Assembly (NCBI GenBank): GCA_963816395.1
Contig: CAWFKQ010000007.1
Coordinates: forward strand, 32,001 to 96,000
DNA from: an uncultured delta proteobacterium
GTDB taxonomy: Bacteria > Desulfobacterota > Desulfuromonadia > Desulfuromonadales > JACZKF01
Direction of reading: 5' to 3'
Length of the DNA: 64,000 nucleotides
The number at the start of each line of letters is the position of its first letter. The first letter of the stretch is position 1. The notes below the pieces were generated by a model. That model was not told the origin of the DNA and searched no databases. It worked only from the letters and a program-made list of their open reading frames with translations. Shown here in pieces: positions 1 through 9,900 of the stretch. Made by a program: the position numbers and the translations under genes.

Positions 1-328
1 GAAAATGCTGGGGAAACTCGGCTATGACGTCGTGGCGGGAACCGACAGCCTGGAGGCGTTGGAAGTCTTCAAAATGCAGCCGGAGCGTTTCGACCTGGTC
101 ATCACCGACCAGACCATGCCGCACATGACGGGGGAAAGACTCGCCCGGGAGATTTTACGCCTGCGACCCGACATTCCCATCATCCTCTGCACCGGCCTCG
201 GCGCCACCGCCGGCGGCGCGGTCACCGATCAGGCGGCCCGCGCCATCGGCATCCGCGAAGTCGTACGCAAGCCGGTGGAGAGAAGCGAACTGGCCGGAAT
301 CATCCGGCGGCTGCTGGAAAAAAATTGA
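1..328 (+). CDS. C-terminal receiver domain of a probable hybrid histidine kinase (5'-truncated by window)
   Basis: FDLVITDQTMPHMTG, PIILCTG and RKP receiver motifs; stop at 326-328. Confidence 0.8.
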   Translation, partial: KMLGKLGYDVVAGTDSLEALEVFKMQPERFDLVITDQTMPHMTGERLAREILRLRPDIPIILCTGLGATAGGAVTDQAARAIGIREVVRKPVERSELAGIIRRLLEKN

Positions 329-345
329 TGGCCGAAGAAAGACCG

Positions 346-1759
346 ATGGCAAGCATTCTCATCATCGATGACGACGAGATGATGGTCTCTTCCCTGGCGC
401 TGATGCTGCGCCGTCTGGGGCACGGGGCCGCCAGCGCCGCCACGCTGCGCGAAGGGATGAAAATGGCCGCCTGCCCGGGATTTCGACGTGGTTTTTCTCG
501 ACGTCCGGATGCCCGACGGCAACGGCCTGGAGGCTCTGCCGAAGATCGCCGAAACGCCGGCGGCGCCGGAAGTGATCATCATCACCGGTTTCGGCGATCC
601 GGACGGAGCCGAACTGGCGATGAAATGCGGCGCCTGGGATTACATCGAAAAAGGCGCCTCGGTCAAGGACATGTCCTTATCCCTGGAGCGCGCGCTGCAG
701 TACCGCCGCGAGAAGACGGACAACCGCAAACCGAACGTCATCGCCCTGAAGCGGGAGGACATTTACGGCAACAGCCCGAAACTGCGGGCCTGCCTGAACC
801 TGGTAGCCCAGGCGGCGGGGAGTGAGGCCAATATCCTCATTACCGGTGAAACCGGGACCGGCAAGGAGTTGTTCGCCCAGGCGATTCACCGCAACAGTCC
901 GCGGGCGGCGAAAAACTTCGTCGTCGTCGACTGCGCCGCCCTCCCGGAAACATTGGCCGAAAGCCTGCTCTTCGGTCATGAGAAAGGTACCTTCACCGGC
1001 GCCGAGAAACCGCAGGAGGGACTGGTCCGGCAGGCGCACGGGGGGACTCTCTTCCTCGACGAGGTGGGGGAATTGCCTCTGGCGCTGCAGAAGACCTTTC
1101 TGCGGGTTCTGCAGGAGCGCCGTTTCCGCCCCCTCGGCAGCACCCGGGAAGTCGAAAGCGATTTTCGCCTGGTCGCGGCCACTAACCGGGACCTGGAAGG
1201 GATGGTGGCGCGGAACCAGTTCCGCAGCGATCTGCTGTTCCGCCTGCGCGCCTTCACCATCGAACTGCCGCCCCTGCGTGAGCGCGCCGAAGACATCAAG
1301 GAGCTGGTCAGAAGCCAACTCGACCACCTGTGCGAGTGCTACGGCATGGCGTCCAAAGGGTTCTCGCCCGAGTTCCTCAAGGCCCTTCTGGCCCACCACT
1401 GGCCCGGGAACGTGCGCGAACTCGCCAACACCCTGATTCGGGCCTTCTCCGCGGCACGCTTCGAACCCACCCTCTATCCGAAGCATCTCCCCCCGGAGAT
1501 GCGCGCCCAGGTCATGCGCAACGCGGTGCAGCCGGCCGCTGTCGCCGCCGGCAACGGCGGCCAGCCCGGCCCGGCCCGCCACCTGCCCAAGTTTCAGGAT
1601 TACCGGGAAACCGCCTATGCCGAGGCCGAGAAGCATTACCTGCAGGATCTGATGTCGATGGCCGAGGACAACATTCCGGAAGCCTGCCGCCTCTCGGGTC
1701 TCTCGCAGTCCCGTCTTTACGCCCTGCTCAAAAAGCACCGCATCGGCCGACACGGGTAA
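346..1759 (+). CDS. Sigma-54-dependent response regulator (NtrC family, BccR-like); frameshift near 475-488
   Basis: Receiver ILIIDDD...VFLDVRMPDG split over two frames; Walker A GETGTGKE, GTFTGA loop, LFLDEVGE, WPGNVREL, C-terminal HTH; directly upstream of the cbcBA-like operon. Confidence 0.85.
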
Positions 1760-1764
1760 AGGGA

Positions 1765-1801
1765 AGGTTCGAGGTTCGAGGTTCGAGGTTCGAGGTTCGA
1801 G
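1765..1801. repeat. Heptanucleotide tandem repeat (AGGTTCG)x5
   Basis: Five perfect copies immediately after the regulator stop codon. Confidence 0.95.
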
Positions 1802-1842
1802 TAAAGCCACACCTGCAATTCCCATAAACCACGCTATTCCCA

Positions 1843-1900
1843 TTTCCCGCCGCACAGGGAAATTCCTGCCGGGCAGGAATCTTTCCCGCCGGGCAGGAAA
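1843..1900. promoter_or_regulatory. Three tandem palindromic sites TTCC(C/T)GCCG..CAGG(G)AA, candidate enhancer (UAS) for the sigma-54 activator
   Basis: tttcccgccgcacagggaaa, attcctgccgggcaggaat, tttcccgccgggcaggaaa; about 75-135 bp upstream of a -24/-12 promoter. Confidence 0.65.
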
Positions 1901-1975
1901 ATCCATCCTTCCTTCACCCCCTCAAAATACATCCCAAGTTATCGAAATGTTGATTTCCATCTTTTCCTTTCCACC

Positions 1976-1991
1976 TGGTATGCCGGTTGCT
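1976..1991 (+). promoter_or_regulatory. Sigma-54 (-24/-12) promoter
   Basis: TGGTATGCCGGTTGCT: GG-N10-GC; IHF-like site (reverse strand AATCAACATTTCG) at 1943-1955. Confidence 0.8.
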
Positions 1992-2040
1992 CTTAGAGAG
2001 GGCGTAGGCCAAACGGCAAAGCAACGGAAAGGAGAAGGCT

Positions 2041-2289
2041 ATGAAAACGAAAATCGCCAATTCCCTGATCGTCGGCCTGGTTGTGGTCGGGACGCTTTTC
2101 CTCGGCAACCTGGTGGAGGTAGGCCAAGGCAGTGCGGTGATGCCGACCCTCTTCCTCTGCTTCTTCGCCCTGATTATCGCCCTGCAGGTGGTCCCCGCCA
2201 TGCTGCTCCTCCGACTCCTTTTCAAGGAGATCTTCCGCCGCACTTCCAAACCGAAAGAAGCGGCCAAAGGCAGCGGCAATGGCAGCTGA
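2041..2289 (+). CDS. Small membrane protein
   Basis: GGAG RBS; two hydrophobic segments; motif FLCFFALIIALQVVP. Confidence 0.7.
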   Translation: MKTKIANSLIVGLVVVGTLFLGNLVEVGQGSAVMPTLFLCFFALIIALQVVPAMLLLRLLFKEIFRRTSKPKEAAKGSGNGS

Positions 2290-2316
2290 CAGGTTCTCAA
2301 AGGAAACGAGGCGGTC

Positions 2317-2718
2317 ATGAAAAAGCCGGGAATTCTCATAGCGGACAAAGATTCGGAAACCCGCAGGTTGCTGGCGGACATTCTGCTCAAGGCTGGCTAT
2401 CGGGTAAAGATGACCGATTCGGCCGCCGACGTGCTGAGCGAAATCCTGCGGAAGAATGCGCACGTCATCCTGGTCGGCAGCGACTTCGATGAAAACGTAG
2501 CGGCGGAGGATCTGATCCCCTTGATTAAAAAATGCGACCGGAACCTGACCATCATCCTCGTCTCGGACGAGAAATCTCTCCCGATCGTTCGCCGGATCCG
2601 TCAGGAAGGGATCTTTTTCCACGCTTTAAAGCCGGTCACCGCCGGCGACCGGGATGAAATCCGCCAGGCAGTGGAATGTGCCTTCAAGAACGTGCTCAAT
2701 GTCCTGAGCATCCATTAG
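2317..2718 (+). CDS. Atypical single-domain receiver protein
   Basis: CheY fold pattern (ILIADKD...IILVS...LKP) but VILVGSD where the phospho-Asp is expected. Confidence 0.75.
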   Translation: MKKPGILIADKDSETRRLLADILLKAGYRVKMTDSAADVLSEILRKNAHVILVGSDFDENVAAEDLIPLIKKCDRNLTIILVSDEKSLPIVRRIRQEGIFFHALKPVTAGDRDEIRQAVECAFKNVLNVLSIH

Positions 2719-2744
2719 GAAACTTCGGAAAAAGGAGTGGAGCC

Positions 2745-3014
2745 ATGCAAGGAAAAGTAATCGCAACAACCATCGCCGGAGTCATGGGGAGCGTTGCCGA
2801 GGCCGGCGCCGCTACCGCCCGGGAAGACAACAGTTCACTGATCGTGTGGATATTCCTCGGTTTCTGCGCCCTGATCGTCATGGCCCAGCTGCTGCCGGTC
2901 CTCCGTACCCTGTTGCAGGCGGCCCGGACGCAGCGGGAACGGCAGGCGGGCGAGATCATGCCTGGTTCACGTCTGGTCGAAGCACCGGTCGCCAGCAAGG
3001 AGGAAAAATCATGA
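2745..3014 (+). CDS. Small membrane protein
   Basis: AGGAG/GGAG RBS; motif IFLGFCALIVMAQLLP. Confidence 0.7.
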   Translation: MQGKVIATTIAGVMGSVAEAGAATAREDNSSLIVWIFLGFCALIVMAQLLPVLRTLLQAARTQRERQAGEIMPGSRLVEAPVASKEEKS

Positions 3015-3262
3015 AAGTCATCAGAAACCAGCTCTTCTGGATCGGGTCCATCGGGCTGCTGTGGATGGGCATCACCTTCGTTCCGCCACTCTTCGGGCTG
3101 CCGCTCGGCAATGGTTTCAGCGGCCTGGTGATCTATTTCTTCCTCGGCTACTGCGCCATTATCCTGGTGGCCCAGTTATTTTCGGCGCTGAAGGCCGTAC
3201 GCTCCATCGTGGAAAACTGGACCGAGCGGAAGAAAAAATCCCGCCGAGTGGCGCTGCGCTAA
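3011..3262 (+). CDS. Small membrane protein
   Basis: ATGA overlap with previous gene; motif FFLGYCAIILVAQLFS. Confidence 0.7.
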   Translation: MKVIRNQLFWIGSIGLLWMGITFVPPLFGLPLGNGFSGLVIYFFLGYCAIILVAQLFSALKAVRSIVENWTERKKKSRRVALR

Positions 3263-3287
3263 CCCATCAACAATGCGGAGGAGGAAA

Positions 3288-4343
3288 ATGGGACGGAAAA
3301 TTCCAACTTCAATTCTGGTCATCCTGATCCTGGCGGCCTTCGCGACCGGCTCTCCCTGCCGGGCGGCGGACAGCGAAACCTGTCTCGGCTGCCATGGCGA
3401 CGCCGCGGCCGTCGGCAAAGATCTGGTGGTCGACCCGCTGCGCTTCGACCATACGGCGCACCATGAACTCGGCTGTCCCGCCTGCCACCAGTCGGTGACG
3501 GCGACCCATCCGGATGACGGCATTCCACCCTCCAAGGCCGATTGCCGGGACTGCCATCAGGAAGTCGGCGACGAATACGCCCGCACGGAGCATGCGGCGA
3601 ATGCCGCCTGCGGCGATTGCCACAATCCGCACACGGCGCATTCCTCCCGCGAAGTTTCCGGGCTCGACATGAACCGCCAGTGCGGCAAATGCCATGCTGC
3701 CGCCGAGATGACGGCGGCCCACGGGGTCTGGCTGCCGCAGGCCGACCTGCACCTGGAAATGCTCCCCTGCGTCTCCTGTCACACCGGCTCGAAGAATTAC
3801 GTCATTAACCTTTTCCTGAGCAAACGCCGGGTCGATCCGCAATCGGGGATTCCCTCCCGGGGGGAGGCTTTCGAACTGGCCAGCTACCAAGAGCTGAAAA
3901 CCCTGGCAGGCGATAAGGACATCGCCTCCCTGATCGACACCGACGGCGACGGCTTTATCGCCCTGAGCGAACTAAGGCGGTTCAACGGCAGCAGCGACTC
4001 TTCCGACCTGCGCTTGAAGGGGATGCTGACCCCGGAGGTGGTCACCCATAACCTGCAGATCCTGAACAACCGCTGGGACTGCACCTTCTGCCACGCTTCC
4101 GGCCCGCAGACCATGCAGACCAGCTATCTCGCCCTGCCCGAAGCGGACGGCTCCTATCGGCGGCTGCCGGTGGAAAAGGGCGCCATTCTGGACGTTCTCA
4201 ACGGCACTCCCGACTTCTACATGATGGGCGCGACGCGCAACGCCTCGATGAACCTCATCGGGCTGATCATCCTCGCCGGTGGGCTGGTGATGCCGGTGGG
4301 GCACGGAATGCTGCGTTTTCTGACCCGGAAGAACCGGCCTTGA
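3288..4343 (+). CDS. cbcA: Heptaheme c-type cytochrome with EF-hand-like loop and C-terminal membrane anchor (CbcA-like)
   Basis: Signal peptide; 7 CxxCH motifs (CLGCH, CPACH, CRDCH, CGDCH, CGKCH, CVSCH, CTFCH); DTDGDGFIALSE; C-terminal TM helix. Confidence 0.8.
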   Translation: MGRKIPTSILVILILAAFATGSPCRAADSETCLGCHGDAAAVGKDLVVDPLRFDHTAHHELGCPACHQSVTATHPDDGIPPSKADCRDCHQEVGDEYARTEHAANAACGDCHNPHTAHSSREVSGLDMNRQCGKCHAAAEMTAAHGVWLPQADLHLEMLPCVSCHTGSKNYVINLFLSKRRVDPQSGIPSRGEAFELASYQELKTLAGDKDIASLIDTDGDGFIALSELRRFNGSSDSSDLRLKGMLTPEVVTHNLQILNNRWDCTFCHASGPQTMQTSYLALPEADGSYRRLPVEKGAILDVLNGTPDFYMMGATRNASMNLIGLIILAGGLVMPVGHGMLRFLTRKNRP

Positions 4344-4356
4344 AAGGAGCCGAGCC

Positions 4357-5034
4357 ATGACCGAACATACTCATCAGGAGAACCAGAGGATTTACCTGCA
4401 ACCGACGCCGGTTCGCATCTGGCACTGGCTCAATGCCCTCGGCATCATCACCCTCGGCATCTCCGGCGCCCAGATCCGCTTCCCGGAATACCTGAGCCTC
4501 TTCGGCAGCTACAAGGCGGCCATCGAGTTGCACAATGCCGCCGGCATCCTGGTGGCGGTTTCCTTCTCCTTCTGGTTTTTTTACTATACCTGCATCGCCC
4601 GCAAGATGACCCACCTCTACGTTCCGAATCGGGAAGATCTGCAGCACGGGTTGCTGCGCCAGGCGATCTTTTATTTCTTCAATTACTTTCGCGGCAAACC
4701 CAACCCGCACCACGCGACGCCGGAGAACAAGTTCAATCCGCTGCAGAAATCGGCCTACCTGGCGATCATGTTTGTGCTGGTGCCACTGGTGAGCCTGACC
4801 GGCATCCTGCTGATGAATGTCGCCCCGCTGCGGGAACTGGTGCTCCTGGCGGGCGGCCTGAAGATCCTCGTCGGCCTGCATTTTCTGCTCGCCTGCTGCC
4901 TCTTTGCTTTCCTCTTCACCCATGTCTATCTGGCGACCCTGGGCAAGACGCCCCTGGCCTACGTCAAGCCGATGTGGACCGGTTGGGAGGAAATCGAAGA
5001 TCTGCATGGTGAGGAAGAGTCCACTCAGCAGTGA
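4357..5034 (+). CDS. cbcB: Di-heme b-type cytochrome, quinol oxidoreductase membrane subunit (CbcB-like)
   Basis: RIWHWLNA, KFNPLQK, four TM helices with conserved His; follows cbcA. Confidence 0.8.
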   Translation: MTEHTHQENQRIYLQPTPVRIWHWLNALGIITLGISGAQIRFPEYLSLFGSYKAAIELHNAAGILVAVSFSFWFFYYTCIARKMTHLYVPNREDLQHGLLRQAIFYFFNYFRGKPNPHHATPENKFNPLQKSAYLAIMFVLVPLVSLTGILLMNVAPLRELVLLAGGLKILVGLHFLLACCLFAFLFTHVYLATLGKTPLAYVKPMWTGWEEIEDLHGEEESTQQ

Positions 5035-5057
5035 ACATTAAGCAGAAGGAGGCGGTC

Positions 5058-5561
5058 ATGAAAGGGCCTGAAACGACATCTTCCGGAAATCCCGGCGGCG
5101 CCTCATCCCTCACGGAAAAGATCGAGGCCCGCATCGGCGACCTGCAGTCCCTGACCCGCCGGGGGTGGCAGGAACTGATCCTCTTTCTGCTGGCCAGCAC
5201 GGCTTTCTTCTGCATCCGCCAGGCCGATCTGCTCGCTCCGCTTACCGAAAGCGCCCGCTTGCTCATCGGCTGCCCGCCGCCTCCGCAGCTGACCACCCTC
5301 GCCCTTGCCGGCTATACCCTTTCAGCAGCAGTCCTCATCCTGGGTCGGGCGGCAAGCGGCGGCAGGCCGGTCCTGAAATGGCCGCATTGCGGCTTGCGGA
5401 TCAGCTTCTATCTCTTTTACGGCACTTCCGGTGCCCTGGAGGATAATTTCATGACCGTTTTCGTCGCCGGGCTGGCCCTGATTGTCCTCGAGCAGTTGAA
5501 TATCTGGACCTTTTCCCTCAAAACCCTGCCCCCGGGACGTGAACTGCAAGGCAAATTGTGA
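5058..5561 (+). CDS. Membrane protein, probable accessory subunit of the Cbc menaquinol oxidoreductase
   Basis: GGAGG RBS; several TM segments; last gene of the operon. Confidence 0.6.
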   Translation: MKGPETTSSGNPGGASSLTEKIEARIGDLQSLTRRGWQELILFLLASTAFFCIRQADLLAPLTESARLLIGCPPPPQLTTLALAGYTLSAAVLILGRAASGGRPVLKWPHCGLRISFYLFYGTSGALEDNFMTVFVAGLALIVLEQLNIWTFSLKTLPPGRELQGKL

Positions 5562-5741
5562 CTGTGCCGGCCGCAGGAATCTGCCAATCCAAACGCCGCG
5601 ACCATCTCGTCGCGGCTTTTCTTTCTGTAAATCGAGAATCTTTTCTCACGCGACGCCGTGAAAAAAAATATTAAGTGGTGGCTCTTCACTTCCGCAAGGT
5701 GGTTTCTCTGGAAAGCGGCTACGGCTCTGCTAAATGTTAAG

Positions 5742-5795
5742 TAGTGTCCGTCCGCAAACTCCAGATGGACACAGGGCAGTTTCCGGATGGAAACA
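5742..5795. repeat. Truncated copy of the inverted-repeat element at 54546-54729
   Basis: gtgtccgtccgcaaactccagatggac closely matches the reverse complement of 54696-54722 (gtgtccatccggaaactccggatggac). Confidence 0.6.
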
Positions 5796-5820
5796 AAGTA
5801 ATGACGCGGATAAAAGTGCC

Positions 5821-6921
5821 ATGCGCCGATTTCGCCGAAGTTGGCTGCTGAACACCGTCATTTTACCCCTGGTGATCCTCCTGGTCGCCGCCTGTACGGC
5901 CGAAAAGCCTGGGGGCGGCGGGCAGGAAAAACCCGTAGCGGTGGAGGTCGCCCCGGTGCAGGTCGATACGCTGGAGCAGACCCTGGCCGCCGTCGGCACC
6001 CTCTCCAGCCCGCAATCCACCGTGGTCACTTCCCAGGTGGATGGCAAGGTGGCGAAGCTGAATATCCAGCAGGGGGGAACGGTCGAAGCGGGGGCTCTGC
6101 TCGCTACCCTGGACGATTCGGTGCAGCAGGCTGAGGTTGCGGCCGCCGAAGCAGCGGTCTACAGCGCCCGCCAGGTTTACGAGCGGGACCGCAGAATCAA
6201 GGGGACGGGGGGCATTTCCGAGCTCCAGCTGCAGACGGAAAAGGCAGACCTGCGGCAAGCCGAAGCGCGGCTGGCGCAGGCCCGGGCCAGCCTGGACCAT
6301 ACCAATATCCGCGCGCCCTACGCCGGCGTCCTCGGCCTGCGCAAGGTCAGCCTCGGCTCATATATCAAGGCCGGCGATGCGGTGGTCGACCTTCGCCAGA
6401 TCGATCCGCTCGACCTGGATTTTTCCATCCCCCAGCAGGAGATCGCCCGTCTGCAGGTGGGGCAGGAGGTACATTTCACCGTATCGGGGCTGGAGGGGAA
6501 TTTCCAGGGGCAGGTCACCACGGTCGTCCCGGCCCTCGCCGCCGGCAGCCGGGCGGTTCCCCTGCAGGCGACCGTTGCCAATCCCGAGCGCAAACTGAAG
6601 CCGGGGATGTTCGCCCAGATACGGCTGGTGGTGGGGAAGACCCCGAACGCCCTGTTCGTGCCGATGCAGGCCCTGGTTCCCGAGGGGCAGGTAAATCACA
6701 TCTGGGTGGTCGGACCGGAAGAGCACGCCGAACAGCGCACCGTCACCGTGGGAGAATACCGGGAAAACACGGTGCAGATCCTCTCCGGGCTGCAGCCCGA
6801 TGACCGGGTCATTGTCGCCGGCACCCAGAAGCTGCGGCCGAAAGCCAAGCTGAAGATCGCCCCCTACCAGCGGGTGCAGAACCCGCGCCTGGGTCTCACG
6901 CGGGAGCACCAGCAGCCATGA
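5821..6921 (+). CDS. RND efflux membrane fusion (periplasmic adaptor) lipoprotein
   Basis: Lipobox-like LVAAC; V.SQVDGKV, IRAPYAGV, LKPGMFA motifs; start approximate. Confidence 0.9.
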   Translation: MRRFRRSWLLNTVILPLVILLVAACTAEKPGGGGQEKPVAVEVAPVQVDTLEQTLAAVGTLSSPQSTVVTSQVDGKVAKLNIQQGGTVEAGALLATLDDSVQQAEVAAAEAAVYSARQVYERDRRIKGTGGISELQLQTEKADLRQAEARLAQARASLDHTNIRAPYAGVLGLRKVSLGSYIKAGDAVVDLRQIDPLDLDFSIPQQEIARLQVGQEVHFTVSGLEGNFQGQVTTVVPALAAGSRAVPLQATVANPERKLKPGMFAQIRLVVGKTPNALFVPMQALVPEGQVNHIWVVGPEEHAEQRTVTVGEYRENTVQILSGLQPDDRVIVAGTQKLRPKAKLKIAPYQRVQNPRLGLTREHQQP

Positions 6922-9900
6922 TCCTCTCCGATGCTTCCATCAAACGCCCGGTCCTCGCCTGGGTGATCAGTCTGCTCATTCTCCTGGTGGGCATCGCCTC
7001 CTACCTGATCCTGCCGGTGCGCCAGTACCCGGACGTCACGCGGCCGGTGGTTTCGGTGGTCACCACCTATACCGGTGCCAGCCCGGAAACGGTGGAGAGC
7101 ACGGTGACCAACCCCCTCGAGGAGAACCTGAATGCCATGGAGGGGATCCGCGCCATCACCTCCCAGAGCTCCTTCGGCGTCAGCTCAATCAACGTCGAAT
7201 TCGAGAGCAGCCGCGACGTGGATGCCGCCACCCAGGATGTGACCAATGCGGTCAGCAAGGCGGTGGACAAGCTCCCCGATTCGCCGAACGTCAGCCGGCC
7301 GGTGGTCGCCAAAGTCAGCGCCAGCGCCCAGCCGATCATGTGGCTGGTTCTGCAGGGAAAGAACTACTCCATCGAACAGCTCAGCCAGATTGCCGACCTG
7401 GTGGTCAAGCGTCGGGTGCAGGTGCTCTCGGGGGTGGGCAACGTTATCATCGGCGGGGAGCACAAATGGGCCATGCGCATCTGGCTCGATCCGCATAACC
7501 TGAAAGCCTACAATCTGGCCTTCGATGATGTGACCGAGACCCTCAGCCGCAACAACGTCCAGCTGCCGGCCGGGCAGATCACCTCCGACACCCTCTTCTT
7601 CAACGTCGTGGCCGACGCCCAGGTGGCCAATCCGCAGGGTTACGAGGATATGGTCATCCGGGAGGTAAACGGCGTTCCCGTCCGCATCCGGGATGTCGGC
7701 TGGGTGCAGCTCGGCTCGGAGTCCTATGACCAGCTGGCGCGTTTCAACGGTCATCCGGTGGTCGGGGTCGGCATCGTGCCGCAGACCAAGGCGAACGCCA
7801 TCGACATCTCAAACGCCGTGCACCGGGCGCTGCCGCAACTGCGCCAGGCGCTGCCGATCGGGGTGGAGATGAGCGTGGCGGTGGACAACACCGACTTCAT
7901 CCGCGATTCGATCCGCGAAGCGCTCATCACGCTGCTGATCGCCTTCGGCCTGGTAATCCTGGTGGTGCTCGTTTTCCTGCGCACCCTGCGCGCCACCCTG
8001 ATCCCGGTTCTGGCGGTTCCGGTATCGATCATCGGCGCTTTCGCCGGGATGTGGGCGATGAATTTTTCGGTCAACGTCCTCACCCTCTTCGCGTTGGTGC
8101 TCGCCATCGGCCTGGTCATTGACGATGCCATCATCATGCTGGAGAACATCTATCGGCACATGGAAAGGGGAGAACGGCGGATCCCGGCCGCCATCCACGG
8201 GGCGCGGGAGATCGCTTTTCCGGTCATTTCCACCACCATCACCCTGATCGCCATCTTCATCCCCCTCGGCTTCATGCGCGGGGATATCGGCCGTCTCTTT
8301 TCCGAATTCGCTCTCACCGTGCCGGTTGCCGTTGGCCTGTCGGCGCTGGTCGCCCTGACCATGACGCCGATGCTCTGCTCCCGATTCCTGCGGCTTTCCT
8401 CCCCGGATAAAGGGGTCCTCGCCTTCAGCGAGCGCTTTTTCACCCGGTTGCGGGACGGCTATGAAAAGACAGCAGCCTGGTCGGTCCGCCATCGGTGGAC
8501 GGTGAGCCTGTTCATGATTCTCAACCTGGCCGCCATGGCCGGGCTTTACACCCTGTTGCCGCAGACCTTCGTCCCGGTGGAGGATCAGGGCTTCTTTCTC
8601 ACCATCATCAAGGCGCCACAGGGATCGAACCTCTGGTACACCCTGCATTACCTGCAGCAGGTGGAGCAGGACATCGACCAGATCCCGGCCGTGCAGCAGT
8701 ATTTTTCCGCCGTCGGCATCCCGGTAGGCGGCCCTGCCTCGACCCGCACCGGCTTCGTTTTCGCCCGCCTCAAGCCTTTCGGCCGGCGCGATCTCAGCCA
8801 GATGGCGGTGGTGCAACAGTTGTTCGGCCAATTCTCCCGAATCACGGGAGTTCTCGCCTTTCCCATCAATCCCCCGTCCCTGGGTGAGCAGGCCACGGCC
8901 CAGGACGTCCAGTTCGTGGTTCTCGGCCCCGATCTCGATACCCTGGCGAAAATAAACGAACAGCTCCTGGAAAAGGCTCGTTCCACCCCCGGCATGATCA
9001 ACGTCCAGTCCGATCTGACCATCGAAACACCGCAGATCGATATCGATTTCCGCCGCGAGCGGGCGGCCGATCTCGGCATCCCCATCCTCGACATCTCCCG
9101 CGCCCTTGAGGTGGGGCTGGGGGGGGCGCATGTCAGCGATTTCATCATGAACAACAAGACCTACCAGGTTCTTGCCCAGATCGAACCCCGCTACCGCGCT
9201 AAGCCGGAGCAGATCAGCGATCTTTACGTGCGCAGCGCCGCCGGCGACCTGGTGCCCCTCTCCTACCTGGTGGCGGTCAAGACGGGATACGGACCGGATA
9301 CCATCTATCACTACAACCTGCAGCGCTCCTTCACCATCAGCGCCAGCCTGCAGCCATCGCTGCCGCTGAGCACGGCCCTGAAGGAAATGCAGCGGTATGC
9401 CGCCGGCCTCCTGCCGCAGCGCTACGATACGGCCCTGACCGGCAAGAGCCGCGACTACGTGGAGACCTCCGGAGAGATTTTCTTCACCTTCGGCGCTTCC
9501 CTGCTCTTCATTTACCTGGTGCTGGCCGCCCAGTTCGAGAGCTGGGCGCATCCCTTCACCATCATGCTTTCCGTCCCTCTGGCGCTGACCGGAGCGCTGG
9601 GGGCGCTGCTGCTGACCGGCAACAGCCTGAATCTCTACAGCGAAATCGGCATCATCATGCTGATCGGCCTGGTGACGAAGAACGGCATCCTGCTGGTCGA
9701 CTATGCTAATCGCCTGCGGATGCAGGGGATGGAGCTGGCGGCGGCGGCGGTGGAGGCCGGCAAGGTCCGCTTTCGCCCAATCGTGATGACCTCCCTGACC
9801 ATGATTGTCGGCAGCCTGCCGCTGGCCCTCGCCACCGGCGCCGGCGCCCAGAGCCGACAGCCGCTTGGCTGGGCGGTGGCGGGAGGGCTGCTGTTCAGCA

